From Octopus vulgaris (taxonomy: Eukaryota): DNA of 64,000 nt. The notes under the pieces are model-generated. The model was not told the origin of the DNA. It saw only the letters and a program-made list of their open reading frames with translations, and did not search any database. The position numbers and the translations under genes are program-made. Below, one piece after another: positions 50,869 through 64,000 of the stretch (the first letter of the stretch is position 1; the number at the start of each line of letters is the position of its first letter). The DNA lies in assembly GCA_951406725.2 (NCBI GenBank), contig OX597825.1, forward strand, positions 75,826,001 through 75,890,000, given 5' to 3'.

Positions 50869-51399
50869 TTAAGCAACTGAAAGAATTTATTTTATGGGTA
50901 CCTTTATTTCTAATTACTTTTGTATATCTACCACATACAAAGTCTTCCTTTACTGTTAACTGACCTGGGATCACACTGCACCAATTATACACCCATAGTT
51001 TACCTTTGGTACACACTATAGCGTTTCATCCCAGTCTATTCCTTCTCTGCATATTAAGCACTGGCACTTTTTAGATGACAGAATCCAGCCTACATTCTTG
51101 CTAAGGCTGTGATAAGTTTACTTTTAGACCTTTTAGGAATATATTATCAATTAGCCTAGTTCCTTTTTCATAAAGCTGGTTGACATTTAAGTCTTGCAGT
51201 GTAACAGTTAATGTGTTAGATAGAGGAAGACTTTTTATTGTTAAATTGCAACATTTTGACTCAGAAGTTGCTCACTAACTTGCTTCAAGCTCAAAGCCCT
51301 GGGCTTGCTCTTTATTTCGCCTTTCCTGTTGCTACCACAATAGTCAATTGCATTACAGAGCTTGTACCTATACATACAAGACTATAATCTTTCACTCTC

Positions 51400-52280
51400 T
51401 ATATGGATATATATTTGGATGAATGCTTCAGTGTGTCTCATGCCAAAAATGGTAACCTCTCTGACCTAGTCAAGTGCCATCTTATTACTTTCACTTCTAG
51501 CATCTTCAAGGTAATAGAGACAGCCATTATTGACTATGTCATTCTCCAACACTTTGGAACTCTCTCTCCCTCTGTCTCCTCAATGACCACTATTATGGCT
51601 TCTACAGAATCAGATCCACTAAGGGCCTACTCTCTGACTCAGCTGTGTGTGGGTTCTCACTTTCAAAAAGTTTAGTGGAATCAATTTTGTTGCTCTAGTC
51701 ATCAGCAAAACAGTTTTTGATATGTCTACCATACAAGTCTGCAATGTAAACTTCCTGCCTACAAATTCCAGCCATCTCTCATCTCTTGGATCAGTAGCTT
51801 TCTATCAGCTCCTATCATTGCAGCATGTGTTGGTGTAGCTTTTTCTGTGCCACTCTCAATCAACTCTGGCATTCCCTAAGTTTGGGGTTTGTCTCTCATT
51901 CTCTTCCGTCTCTACATCAATAACTTACTTGCTGCCACATCTTTCAATGCAGACAACTCTTCATTCCCTCCTGACTTTCCTTGATTATGCATTATCTACA
52001 TGCTAGCTGCACAATCCTGCTATTCCTTGAAGCTAGTTAGTCTCATACCTCCACCATGCAAGCATCCCAACACCTTCATCTCTCCAATTCTACCCTCTTC
52101 CCTCTGTAGACCCACAGTAATCACTTTTCTCAGCCTTTTCTCTCAAGAACATTTGGTCTTTTGTAATTTCCTCCTTGCTCATGTCTTTCCTGCAATTCCT
52201 GATCTGCAACAGTTTAAATAGAACATTATGGCTCTCTGTCCTGAGATGACCCTGCTCCTTTCTTCAGACTTCAATAAAAA
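51400..52280 (+). mobile_element. Degraded CR1/Jockey-like LINE relic
   Basis: Remnants HYGFYRIRST (QYGFR..RST), INSGIP (SGVPQG), terminal SRT..CNFLL.HVFP..DLQQFK; related 3' piece near 20680-20820. Confidence 0.6.
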
Positions 52281-54328
52281 AGGAAATAAAATGAATTAAT
52301 GTGTGCTGTACTTGGTAACTGTGGGCCAAGTTAACTGTAATGTTGTCAGAATGAGTTCATTGTAAAGTGATAAAAGGAAGTCAAGTATGTGTCTTTTAAA
52401 ATGTGTAGTTTATAGAATATATTGCTTTAGCAGTTCATCATGACAGCTATAACTCTTAGAAATTGTGTTATCTTTAATATAGATTTAGCATCACGAGTGG
52501 TAATTAGCTGGCAATTTGAAACATTGGATGGTATTCTGGAGCAGTAAGGTTGTTTTGTATGAATAGAAATAAGTGCTAAGGGTAACTTGTTTTCTCATTG
52601 GTTGAAATGATACCTTTGCTTAGCTTCTGATTGGTTGAATAATATTTGCTATTGTACTATTTCACATCATCCTATGCACAAAAGGATTTTTTTGTAATTA
52701 TAAATTTAAAGGGCATAGCTATAATGTCATTTCTCTTGACTGATATTCCGACTCAACAGTAATTGTTTTAAATCAAATGTTATCTCTGTTAGCTAATCTA
52801 CGGAATGGAAAATAAAAATAAACAAAAGAAAATAAACTCTTAGGCTTTAGTGTAACTACATTTCAGGGACTCCTCCCCATTACCAAAAAAAAAAAAAAAT
52901 GAAACAAAAAATATAGATTTTAAATAAAAATTCTTCCAATTAGTTGAATTATCAATATAAATTTATGTTTGGAAAAAGAAGTTGAAAAAAATACAAAATA
53001 GATTGTTTCTTAATACCACATTTCTGTACTTAGAGTATGTGTGTTAGTGTATGAGTGCGTGTTGGGCACATTACATAACTAGTCTGTAAGTGGTATCAGT
53101 AAATTGGATGATGTCTAAGAGAGCTGCACTACTATTGAATGAGCTAGATTTAGTGCTAAAAACAAAAAATCAATAAGCTAGTCACTTCTGTTAAAGAAAT
53201 TCTGTTTTAAATGCTGTTCTATCAAAGTTTTCTTAGTAAAGAATGTGATGTGATAGCTTTTCAGGGGAAGGTAGTGGGAGGGAAATTTTGCTCTGTGACT
53301 CTTTTTAAATCTGTTAATTTTAATTAAAGCCTTTCATTATTAGAAAATAGAATTTATTTAAATATTTTGTAAGCTCTAACGATTGCATTAAAACATCTTG
53401 ATTAGGCTGTAATAAAACAATTGTGTCATCATCTATTTGACGTTATTCAGCAAATATTTTAATGCAGTGATTGAAAACTGTTCTGTTCATTATTGTTCAT
53501 ACTGATGGCAGAATTGGTAGTGATCGATTAAATTACCTGCTAGTATTTTCGTTCCTCCATTCTGAGTTCACATCTCATCAAGGGCAACTTTGCCTTTCAT
53601 GGGGGATGGGGCTGATAAAAAACGAAAACAAAACCAGTTTTTTTTTTTAGATTTGTGTTTTGGAACAGTGCAACTTTCAGCAAATAATAACAATGTGCAA
53701 ATATTTGGTTAAAAAAATCTTTGGATAGAAAAAGTCAAAGGGTGCCTTCAACTTTTTTTTATCCAATATTTGCACACTATTATTTATAGATGTATTTGTT
53801 TTGAATTACACCATTCCAAAAATGAATTATTTCAAGTTGACTCTTGAAGTTCCTAAATTCTGATGACATCAACTTTATATTTTATTTTAACCTTTATGTT
53901 CATGTTGTTCAGGTTGGATTGAGTTTTTTTTTTCTTCTTTTCCCACCAAAAATTGTACAGTGGACAGTATTTTTACTGCTGGATGGCTTTCTTACTCCTG
54001 AGTTCTTTACAAGGAAGAGCGAAATATGTGATCAGCCATGTTGGCTGAGGCACCCAGAGCAATGTATCTCGTTCAGAGACTTTGCATCATGGATATAGTA
54101 AGAGTTAAATCGATGATTACCCTTACAGCTATTGTCATTGGTCTTCTCTCATCATCATTGTTTAATGTCCTCTTCTTCATGCTTGCATAGGTCAATTGGA
54201 ATTTGTTGAGGCAGTTTCTACAACCAGATGCCTTTCCTGTTACCAACCCTCACCAGTTTCCTAGCATGATGATGTTCTTTACAATCATCATATGATATCA
54301 AGACAAGGGCATAGACCACCCCCAACCA

Positions 54329-54360
<32 letters not shown>

Positions 54361-56167
54361 ATCATCATCACACACACACACTTACATATGGCAGGCTTCC
54401 TTCAGTTTCTATCTACCAAATCCACTCTCAAAGCTTTGGTTGGTTCAGAGCTATAGTAGAGGACACTTGTCCAGAGTTCTACACATTGGAACTGAATCTG
54501 AGAGCACATGGTTTGGAAGCAAGCTTCTCAACCACACAGTCCCTCTTGCTCTGATCTATAAATGGTGTGTGTGTATCACAAGCTCTATATGAAGTCTCAC
54601 TTATTTCTTGCTTATATACCTCAGTATGTTTTATTCTTTTAGTTGTTTGTCTGTGGCCATACTTGAAATGTTTAGTTGATTGAACCAACCCATAAGGACT
54701 TACCTTTAAGTCTAGTATTATACTAGTCTCCCCCACTTTTTTTTTTCTTTTTAACAGAATCATTGTGATGGTTGTTAGGCAATGGTGAGAGACAACTACT
54801 GAGATTATCCGCAACACACACACATTACAGAGTCATTCATTTCCAATCTTCTATGGAAACGTACAATCGTCATACGATACGGCTTCATGCTTGAAAGACT
54901 AGGGGAAATATTATGCTGGTCGAAAAAGGTAAGGGTTGGTGATAGGAAGCGTGTCCCTCAATTTTTATCATGATGCATCTTTGGTTCTATGCTGCCAAAC
55001 TGCAAATGCTGCTTTTCTATTCAAGCAACAACCAGCATGTGGCCATCACAGTCTCTCCTCCATTGCCTCCTCTCCTGCTATTCTGTCACACTTTCATTCT
55101 CTTTTCTCTTTCGCTCTTGGTCATTACTCCTCTTTTATTCATGCTCTCACTTATGAAAACATTGTAGAATAGAAAAGACTCTTTAGCCTTGCAGGGAAAA
55201 AAGTAATCTCTGGTTGCTATTTGAATAGATGATTATAGGGTAGAGAGCACTGTTTAGCAATGCCAAGCACCTGACAACCTTTCTAATGCTAATGCCATAA
55301 AAACTCAAGCAGTTCACTCTCTAAAAAAAGTGGGTGTTAGGAAGAACATCCAGCCATAGTAGCTGAAAATGGAATGCACAAGCAAGCTGTGGTCTTCTGA
55401 ATATGAACTAACTTGGATAGCAGACCCACCCAACCAATGCCAGCTTGGAAAATATAGATGCTGCTGATGTTATTTTTCCTGGACTCTATTTCTTTTCATA
55501 AAGAACTATATTACAATGACAGGTGTGTTTTGAGTTGGTAGTTGTTAACTGTCCAGTCATTATTGATTACTATTGAACATATTCATTATGCAAATGTCAA
55601 ATTGATTGTTGACTTATTGGGCATGAGTTCCTTTCCCACACATTTTACTAAATCCCTGGTCAGTACACTTAATTGCTTTACCTAGCAGTGGCATATATAT
55701 GCCTGCAAGCCTGGAGAAGTAAACCTGTGATAAATATTTTGATTTGCCTCATCTGCTTAACACATTTTAAACCATGGTTACTGTCTGACATTCTGGAAAC
55801 ATGTGGAGTTTATTAAAGAATTAACAAGTGCATAACATATGTAACACAATGTTTATTAAAGATTAAATTATACATTATAAACCAGTAGGTAAGGTGTATG
55901 GCAACATGATTATGGTATCCAACAATCTGCTCAGAGATTGGTAGTTCATATTCTGTTACCTGTCCTGCTTTCTGTCCTTGAACAAGACACTCAACTCTTA
56001 CATAGCTCTGTTTATCTGATTGTAAATAACTGCTTTCACCTTTATAGGAGCAGTTAATCATTGAAAGTAATGATAACACTATAAAGCTTTGTTATCTTGT
56101 AGTTTTAAGTTCACCTTCTGTAAATGTATCTTGAAAAGGAAGTGATTTGTGTCAAACTAACTTTCCC

Positions 56168-56229
56168 TAGAGATGCTGTGGGTCTCACTCCAAACCATTA
56201 GGTTTGGAGCGAGACCCACAGACTTTCTA
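56168..56229. other. Isolated near-perfect hairpin
   Basis: CTGTGGGTCTC-A-CTCCAAACC ATTA GGTTTGGAG-C-GAGACCCACAG, with ~6 further flanking pairs. Confidence 0.85.
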
Positions 56230-56532
56230 CAAGCAGAATCTCTTCTTTCTACAACTGGTGTTTCTTCAAGGAAGAGAAATTATTATTTAGAAGGAAATCC
56301 ATTTGTAAAACTGTCAACAAAAATCCAAATTTGCAGAACTATCTAATCTAGACCAACTTAGAAAGTCAGTTGTACTGAGATGAGATACATTTTCACTTTT
56401 GACTCCGAAGAAACCCAACATTTATAACTAACTGCTACCTGAAGAATGATTTCTAAGGAGAAAAGATTTATAATTGTCATTTCTTTTTTTTTTCAAGAAT
56501 ACCTTATCAAAGAACTCCCCTCTTTCTCTTCT

Positions 56533-56900
56533 TGGCTGTGTGGTTAAGAAGCTTGCTTTACAGCCATAGAGTTTTAGGTTCAGTCCCACTGCATGGCACC
56601 TTGGACTGACCAGTGTTTTGCAAGTGAATTTGTAGACAGAAACTCCGTGGAAGCCCACCATGTGTGTCTGTGTCTTTGTCCCACCAATTGACAACTGGTG
56701 TTAGTTTGTTTATGTCCTTGCAACTTAATGATTTAACAGTTCAGCAGAGGAGAGCAATTAAATAAGTACCAGACTCTTAAAAAAAAAAAAAAAACGCATG
56801 CGAGTACTGGGGTTTGATTTGTTCAACCAAAACCACTCAAGGTGGTGCTTCCCCCACCCCAACATGGTTATAGTCCAAATGATTGAAACATGATAAAAGA
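56533..56900 (+). mobile_element. SINE family A, diverged copy
   Basis: Colinear with 8950-9348, with an internal deletion. Confidence 0.8.
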
Positions 56901-58612
56901 TATTCACATGCATTCTTATATACTCACAAATTCATTTCCTTCTTTATTCTCATCTCTTAGACATTTCAGAACCTATCTTGCACTGTTACCAATTAAATAC
57001 CAAAACAGACAGCATTTATCTCCTACAAATGCAGACATATTGATTGTTAATAAACAAACTGAAGACTTTTTACAGTTTTTTTTAAAAGTCTTTTAAGCTT
57101 TTTTGCTTCATTTTTTAAATTTTTATTATGCTACAAAGTAACTTCAATATTTTGTCTTTTCGTATCTTTATTTTTCACCTGTTTTTGGATGTGGAGTGCG
57201 AAGTAGGTGTGGGGTAAAAATTATTTTGATTTCTTTTTATTTTGGCTATTTAAATTTTTTTTATATATCAGTATTATTTTTGAAGAATTCCAAAATGTGA
57301 ATCAATTCTCTCTGTGACCCCCTCTGCACACACACAAATGTATATTCAAACATGCACTTGTATACACACATATACATGTGTGTATTCACATACACAGTAC
57401 ATGTGCACATACTCATGTATACACAAACACATGCACCTCCCTGTATGCATACATATACACACTCACACACACAAATATATATGTACACACACACATACTC
57501 ATGTACAGACAGACACATGCATACACATACACTTACACATACAATTTTGTCTAAAAAAAGAAAAAGAAAATCTTATAACAAGTTTCATGTCACCTTAATT
57601 GAAAGACGTTTCCTCTGACATAGGAAGAAAGTTAACATTCTTCTAAACAATTATGAAAACAATGTATTTTCTCATCAATTTGGTTTTCCTCGCAAATAAG
57701 ATGTTTTATTAACCTTAGAAAGCTAATTTTCTTGTGTAATTAGGTAATTCTTGACGACTACTGGTTTCTTTCTTTGTTTTTAGTTTTTTTCTTCTGTATA
57801 AAGTTCTACAAAAAGAATAGTATTAATGTATTAATTCTTCTTTCTTCCATTATATATCCATTTTAGCATGCTTGCATGCACATACACACATACACACGTA
57901 TGTGTGTGTTAATTTGGGTTTTTTTTTTTGTCTTTTATATTCTCTTCCAACCTGTTCATTGTGTACTTGCATAACACATATGAAATGCCATTCTCATAGA
58001 AGTTAATTAAAACCTTTGCTTAGAAGAACATGGCAATTTAGTTTCCCTATCAGTATTTGGCAACACATGCTCATGTTTTTTTTTGTTTTTTTTTTTATAA
58101 CAACACTGACGATAACAAAAATTCTTAGCACCCACATTAAAATTCCTCCCTGGTTCACAGACAGAACAATAAACAAACCTGAAATTTTCATTGAAAATAT
58201 TCTGTTATTCCTCTGTGGCCCAAGGTTTAAAGCAAATTTCAGGGAATGAACACAATCTTACTGGTTAAGTTTTTTTAATTTTAAAAAATTTTTTATTGAT
58301 CTCCGAGTTTATACGAAATGACAAATGGTTTCTGAGGACTTCTACAATTCCTGAAGCCAATTTGCATGAAGAAAAATTGAAAAAGTAACAGAAAACAGAT
58401 GACCATATTTAGAAACTAATCTTCCTTTTTTTGATTCTTGAAAGTACAGTTTTCTTTATTTCTGTATAATGGTTAATAGGAAGGGAGACGAGCCCTGGTT
58501 TTCTCCTCTGTAGGTCATTCCAGAACACTGAGATTGATGTGGTTAATGTTCAAAGGTCAGGAGAATGGATCATTCCAGAATGTTGCAGCTGAAGGAAATA
58601 GTTCTCTCTTAA

Positions 58613-58832
58613 CCTGTTAGCATTCAGTTTACTCTGTCAAATGGTTGCTCATTTACTCACTTTGTTTTGAATTAACCATGCATTATCTCATAGCTTCAAG
58701 ATTTTGATCATGTGATTTTTTTATTTTTAGAATGACATTGTAGGGTAGGTGAGATAGGCTGGACCTGGATATTTTGAGCATAAAATGGGTAGAATATTTG
58801 GGTTGAATATGGTAGGTTTTAACACTGAAGTG
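58613..58832 (-). mobile_element. TTAA-flanked MITE family 1
   Basis: TTAA at 58609 and 58833; reverse complement of 47961-48182. Confidence 0.82.
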
Positions 58833-60612
58833 TTAAAGTATAATCATATAGGGCAGTTGCCTAGTGATGGAAGGCATGGTTGTAGGGGCTTAATGCTAAT
58901 CTCTGTATAGTTGCGTATGTAGGGGCTCTGGTGTATATATGTACATATGTATAGATGCAAATGTGGCTTTGTGGTTAAGAACCTTGCTTCCCAAATGTGT
59001 GGTCTTAGATTCAGTCCAACTGTGTGGCATCTTGGGCAAATGTCTTCTGCTACAAGCCTAGGTTGCCCAAAGCTTTCCTGAGTGGATTTAGTTGATGGAA
59101 ACTAGATGCTTACCATATGCATGTATATGTGCATAAGTATGTACCCTTGTCTAGATATCGTGTGGTGGTTGTAAATGGGCTTCATCATCATACAGTCTTG
59201 AGTAAAAAAAAAAAAAAAATGAAAGATCATACAAACAAAAACATGCCTATTTATAAGGAAATATCTTGCTTAGAAACAAGTGAAGATAGGCAACAGGAAG
59301 GGTGTCTGGCTGCAGAAAATCTGCCTCAACAAATTCTATCTGGCCCTCACAAACATGAAAAAGTGGATGTTAAATGATGATGAAGTATGTATGATGTATA
59401 TAATGATAAATGCTATATCGTATACATATGAATTTTCAAGAGCAAAAGTTTGGTTTACCTTTGGGTATATTGGCTATGTATTCAGCATGACATCTATTCA
59501 TTTATTTAAAATCTTCTCCAATAGTTAGAGAAATGTCTTACCTCATAGTTTACTCTGAAAATGACAATTATAACACCCATACATATACAGCCCAGGGACC
59601 TGTGACGGTGTTGAGATGGATGGCTCTGCTTAATGTAGGATCTGGTGGGAGTACAATATCATTGGGGATGAGGAGATGAGACGTAAGGGATGCATCATGT
59701 TTGTAGTGTGTGTGTATAGCAGAGGTGGCAGCAGTGGCCATGGCAGCAGCAGCATACAGCATTGTCTTAGATTTGTGGGTGGTTCTCCAATATATGTTCA
59801 GTAGATCAATAATCGACCAAAATGAGAAAACAGTTCAAGCATGATCAATTATTGACCCTGTAAAAGAAAAAAAAAACTTGTTTTTTTGGATACAGATTTG
59901 ACAATGTTTATGGGGCTACTTAGCCATAGCTGAAACTTGAATGGGAATAGCTGTGATCAAAGGCATTCTAACCATGACCATCTCAACTTTTTTAGGGCAT
60001 TTAGGACTACATTATCTAATGTATCATTTCTTTATTCAAGATCATAGCGTGTAATTTGAGAAATTTGGCTTAGGCTCTAATAATTCCACTGAACTAACTC
60101 ATTGAGGATTCTTTGTTAGTTTGCTTTGGTAGTGTTTATTGAATATAAAAACTCTTTGAAAGGTTTGATTTTGATACATTCAGTTAAATATTAATGCAGG
60201 CATGGTTGTGTGGCTGCAGTATTTGTTTTCCAACTATGTAGATTTGGGTTCAGTCCCACTGTTTGGCATATCTTGCAAGTATCTCTTACTATAGCCCATG
60301 GCTGATCAATGCCTTGTGACTTAATGAAGATGAGGAAAACTGAAGGAAGCCTGTCCTTGTCTTGACATTGTGTGATAGTTTTAAATGAGTGTCACTATCA
60401 TATAAGTGGTGGTGTTCTGTTTCAATCTTCTAAGGAAAACATGTATGGCCATGAGGAAATATCTCCTTGCTTGGAAACAAGATAAAGATAGTGACAGGAA
60501 GGGATCCAGCTGTAGAAAGCCTGCTTCAATGAATTCCATTTGATCCATGCAAGCATGGAAAATAGATATCAAAATGCTGATGGTGATGATGTTAAGGTTA
60601 GGAAATTGATTG

Positions 60613-60754
60613 AGTCAGATCTGGCAGCTGTAGAAACACTGCCAGATCTGACTGGCCTGGTGCAGCCTTCAGACTTCCCAGACCCCAGTTGAACCGTCCT
60701 ACCCATGCTAGCATGGAAAGCGGACGTTAAACGATGATGATGATGATGATGATG
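60613..60754 (+). mobile_element. 5'-truncated RTE tail with inverted 5' junction
   Basis: (GAT)n tail; 15-bp perfect inverted repeat at its 5' end. Confidence 0.88.
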
Positions 60755-61259
60755 TTGGTTAGGATTTACGTTGTGTATGTGTGTATTGTATTTTCTGGCA
60801 TACAAGTTGATATAATATGTAGTGTAAACATCCAAACATTGTTGCTGTCTTTTCAAGTTCTGTTGCATCTTCTATGGAAATTTTGGTCCTTCTACATCAT
60901 CTTGGGGTATAAGTCAACCCACCATTCATTTGGCTGTAAATTTTGATCTGAAAAATTTGACTTGAATGGTGCAGAATGCCATAAATGCATTTGCTAGGTT
61001 CCCTTTCAGGGCACAGCTGTAATGTGAAACAAACCTTGAGCAAGTCATTCATTACTGGACAAGGTTTGTTTGATGTTACAACCAATTGCTTTGCTCTTTT
61101 GAAGACCAGTGAAATAAAAAAAAAATATTATATTTGGAAAAATAAGGATTGGTACCAGCGAGAGCATAAAATCAGTAACTGTTTCCTTATATTGTCTCCT
61201 CCTAACCCATGCTAACATAGAAAAATGCTTGTTAAAAAGAAAACATATAACTGGCTCTG

Positions 61260-61590
61260 TGTGTGTACATAACATGTCTGTGTATGCATGAGTGGTGTGC
61301 GTGCATGTGTGTGTGTGTGTATATACACACATGCACGTATATAATGTGTATTTGCCTGTATATGTGTGTTTGCTTGTATATATATGTATGTTTGCCTGTA
61401 TATGTTTGTTTGTTTGCCTTTTATGTTTGTATGTTTGCCTGTGTATGTATACATGTATTTTTGCCTGTGTATGTATACATGTATTTTTGTCTGTGTATGT
61501 ATGTATATTTGCCTGTATATGTGTGTATGTATATTCATCTATATATTTGTTTATTTTTGTGTATATGTATATTTGTGTGTGTGTGTAACA
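61260..61590. repeat. TG/TA-rich minisatellite (TTTGCCTGTATATGT-like unit)
   Basis: Direct reading. Confidence 0.85.
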
Positions 61591-63449
61591 CATTCAGTGT
61601 ATAAACTGTGATTTAATCAAATTTTCTTGAGATAATCATATTATTGCTGTCAATTTTCCATTTAGAAACAGTTTTCAAATGTTTATACAAGGAGTGGTGG
61701 TGGTGCAGTATCCATTTATATAATACTTTGTTGCTTATATTTCTTTTATAAACACTGGGAATAGCTTTTAATTCTTCGGAGTAAATAGCTCCTTTATTCT
61801 TCATCTGCAAGGATGTACTTGAAAATATAGATACTTCACTTTACATTATGGTTTCTTAAATTTAGTCTTATTATTATTTTCAATATTTAATTATTGTTTA
61901 CAGAAGAATTTTTTTTTTTACTTTTCTGTAAATTATGTCAGAACTCTAATTTTAGATGTTGTTGTTATTACACACTAAATATCAGATTAATTATGGTTTT
62001 TTTTTTTTTTTGATTTGTGTTTATTTTCTCAAACTGCTTACTGGTTCACATATTGTGTGTGTATATATTTACACACACGTGCTCACACACAATAAAATCA
62101 TCGATGAATAGCGTTAGCAATATTACTTTAATGTATTGTTTACAATTGTTTCGCCACTTCACTTTTTAGTCAATCTTGCATCATGTTCATTAACATGTTA
62201 GCAGTTATTGATTTAGTCTTATGCATTGTCTTATGCATTGTCTAATCTTTCTCAGTGCATATGGGAATTGATTCGTCAGAACATTGAAACAGTAACTTCA
62301 TATGGGAACTTCCCTCTTTAATTTTCAAGGAGCCACTATTTGTTGAGATGTGTCATGAGGTAAACACCTGGATTATATATCCCAACTTTCCTATATATAT
62401 ATATCAAGGTATCAACCAGACTATTGGATATTGTTATACATTACTGGTCACGATGTGCTTTGCATTGTTTTATCTTTCAAATGATGCCACCCTGCTGGAT
62501 AGATGAGCTGGGCAACATTTCCCTTGATTGGAAGGCTATTACACCACAGGGTTACTCATTTACAGCTGGGTAGACTAGATTAATATGAAATGAAGTGTCT
62601 TGCTCAAGGACACAACATGCAGCCTGGTCTGAGAATTGAATCCATGATCTAGCAATCATAAGTGCAATATCCTAACTGCTAGGCTATGCGCACACATGCA
62701 CGTGCACATGAGTAGGTTTTTCTATGTGACGGATTGACCCACAGAAAATGGGCATATCAGATAATGAAGTGTTTGATAGAGTTACTGTTTGGATAAAAGA
62801 TATTTTGAAGGCAGGAAGTGTTTTGTGCCTTGAAATGATTAAGAATGAAGAGTTTAGAATCAGCTAACTGGTGGTCGATGCGTGGAAAATCTTGGGATAA
62901 GGAGTGAGCAAGTACAAAAGAGTTTGAAAATCATTTTGTGTTAATTAAAATCCTTCATCTCATGACCGAGCTTGCTCTTTTAAACTTAACATAAATAGCT
63001 TAGTGCTTTAAAATATTTTAGGAATTGTCAGATATCTAAATTTCCAAATAACCTATGGAATTCTGTTGGCTTTTGATGGTGCCTGGGTTCACAAATAGCT
63101 TAAATCAGTGCTTTTCAAACACTTGTAGCTATTTCTCCCCGTCTCTTACTATAACTTCTTCAATGCTTGCTTCTCCCACTCCTGCTGCAATTTAATGACA
63201 CACTCCTCCCAATTTTTTAATGTACATATGCATAAAATCAGACCAGATTAATTTAGTTCTGGGTACTAGTTTGACGTTAAGTTGACTCTAAGTAAATATT
63301 TGACACATCGCCTATTGATCTTACTTATTGATTCAACCTTTATATATATATGTATATATCCTGTTGAAGTTTACATTCTGATTATACTTGTACTTACTAT
63401 GTCCTTGCATGTTTGTTGATTTGTCTGGCCACGTATGAGTTTTTATATA

Positions 63450-63495
<46 letters not shown>

Positions 63496-64000
63496 AACAC
63501 ACATATATATAATGTGTGTGTGTGTGTTTGTGTGTGTGTGTATATATATATATATATACATATTACAAGGTTATCAGATGAAATAGCTAGAATCAACAAC
63601 TTTCAAGCATGCACATACATGCACATGTGTGTGTGCACACACAGAAACGCATTTGTATGTTAACTGAGGCTACAGGTGCAGTAACCATCTTTAATTGCAT
63701 GCATGGAAATAGCATCACATTTTGACTCTTTTGCCTTATACTTTAGTTTGTTTACAATTTACATGTACGTGTGGTGTGTGTTTGTGTATATTTGCATATT
63801 CAAATCTACTGTTGATGTTGTTGTTGTGATTGTAGCCTATATGCAGTTTATCTTTTGTTTTTGTTTCAAGTTAATGTTTAAATAGGAGATATTGACTTAA
63901 ATAAAAACACGCTGCATAGACTTATCAATCACCTCTAACTGCCCTCTTTATAAATTTTTAACCACCTTAAGGAGTGGGGACCAGCCACTCTTTGAAGTAC

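Noticed and set aside
59568-59762. GC-richer island with Ala-rich ORF and AG...GT boundaries
   Set aside because: All three plus frames hit stops between the putative splice sites; the poly-Ala comes from (GCA)n.

Overview
Eukaryotic, AT-rich, repeat-dominated DNA with no intact protein-coding gene. The repeat families (tRNA-headed SINEs with internal TA/TG microsatellites, RTE LINEs with (GAT)n tails, dense compound microsatellites) suggest an Octopus (coleoid cephalopod) genome; this is inference from repeat content. The window reads like a large intron, possibly with non-coding first exons ending at ~315 and ~18390 inside two CpG-retaining zones. Recognisable contents: a complete but decayed Buster-type hAT transposon (11590-15125, 8-bp TSD), a DD37D maT element, a mariner relic, several RTE LINE relics, four families of ~205-225 bp TTAA-flanked MITEs, and many SINEs. 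Nearly all ORFs in the supplied track are microsatellite or antisense-TE artefacts. The most notable observation is an RTE retrotransposon family with a canonical C4HC3 PHD finger in frame inside its reverse transcriptase (three copies); its 3' UTR has a reiterated compact pseudoknot-like module and its tail is shared with non-autonomous SINEs. All alignments and translations were done by eye, so boundaries of decayed elements are approximate.
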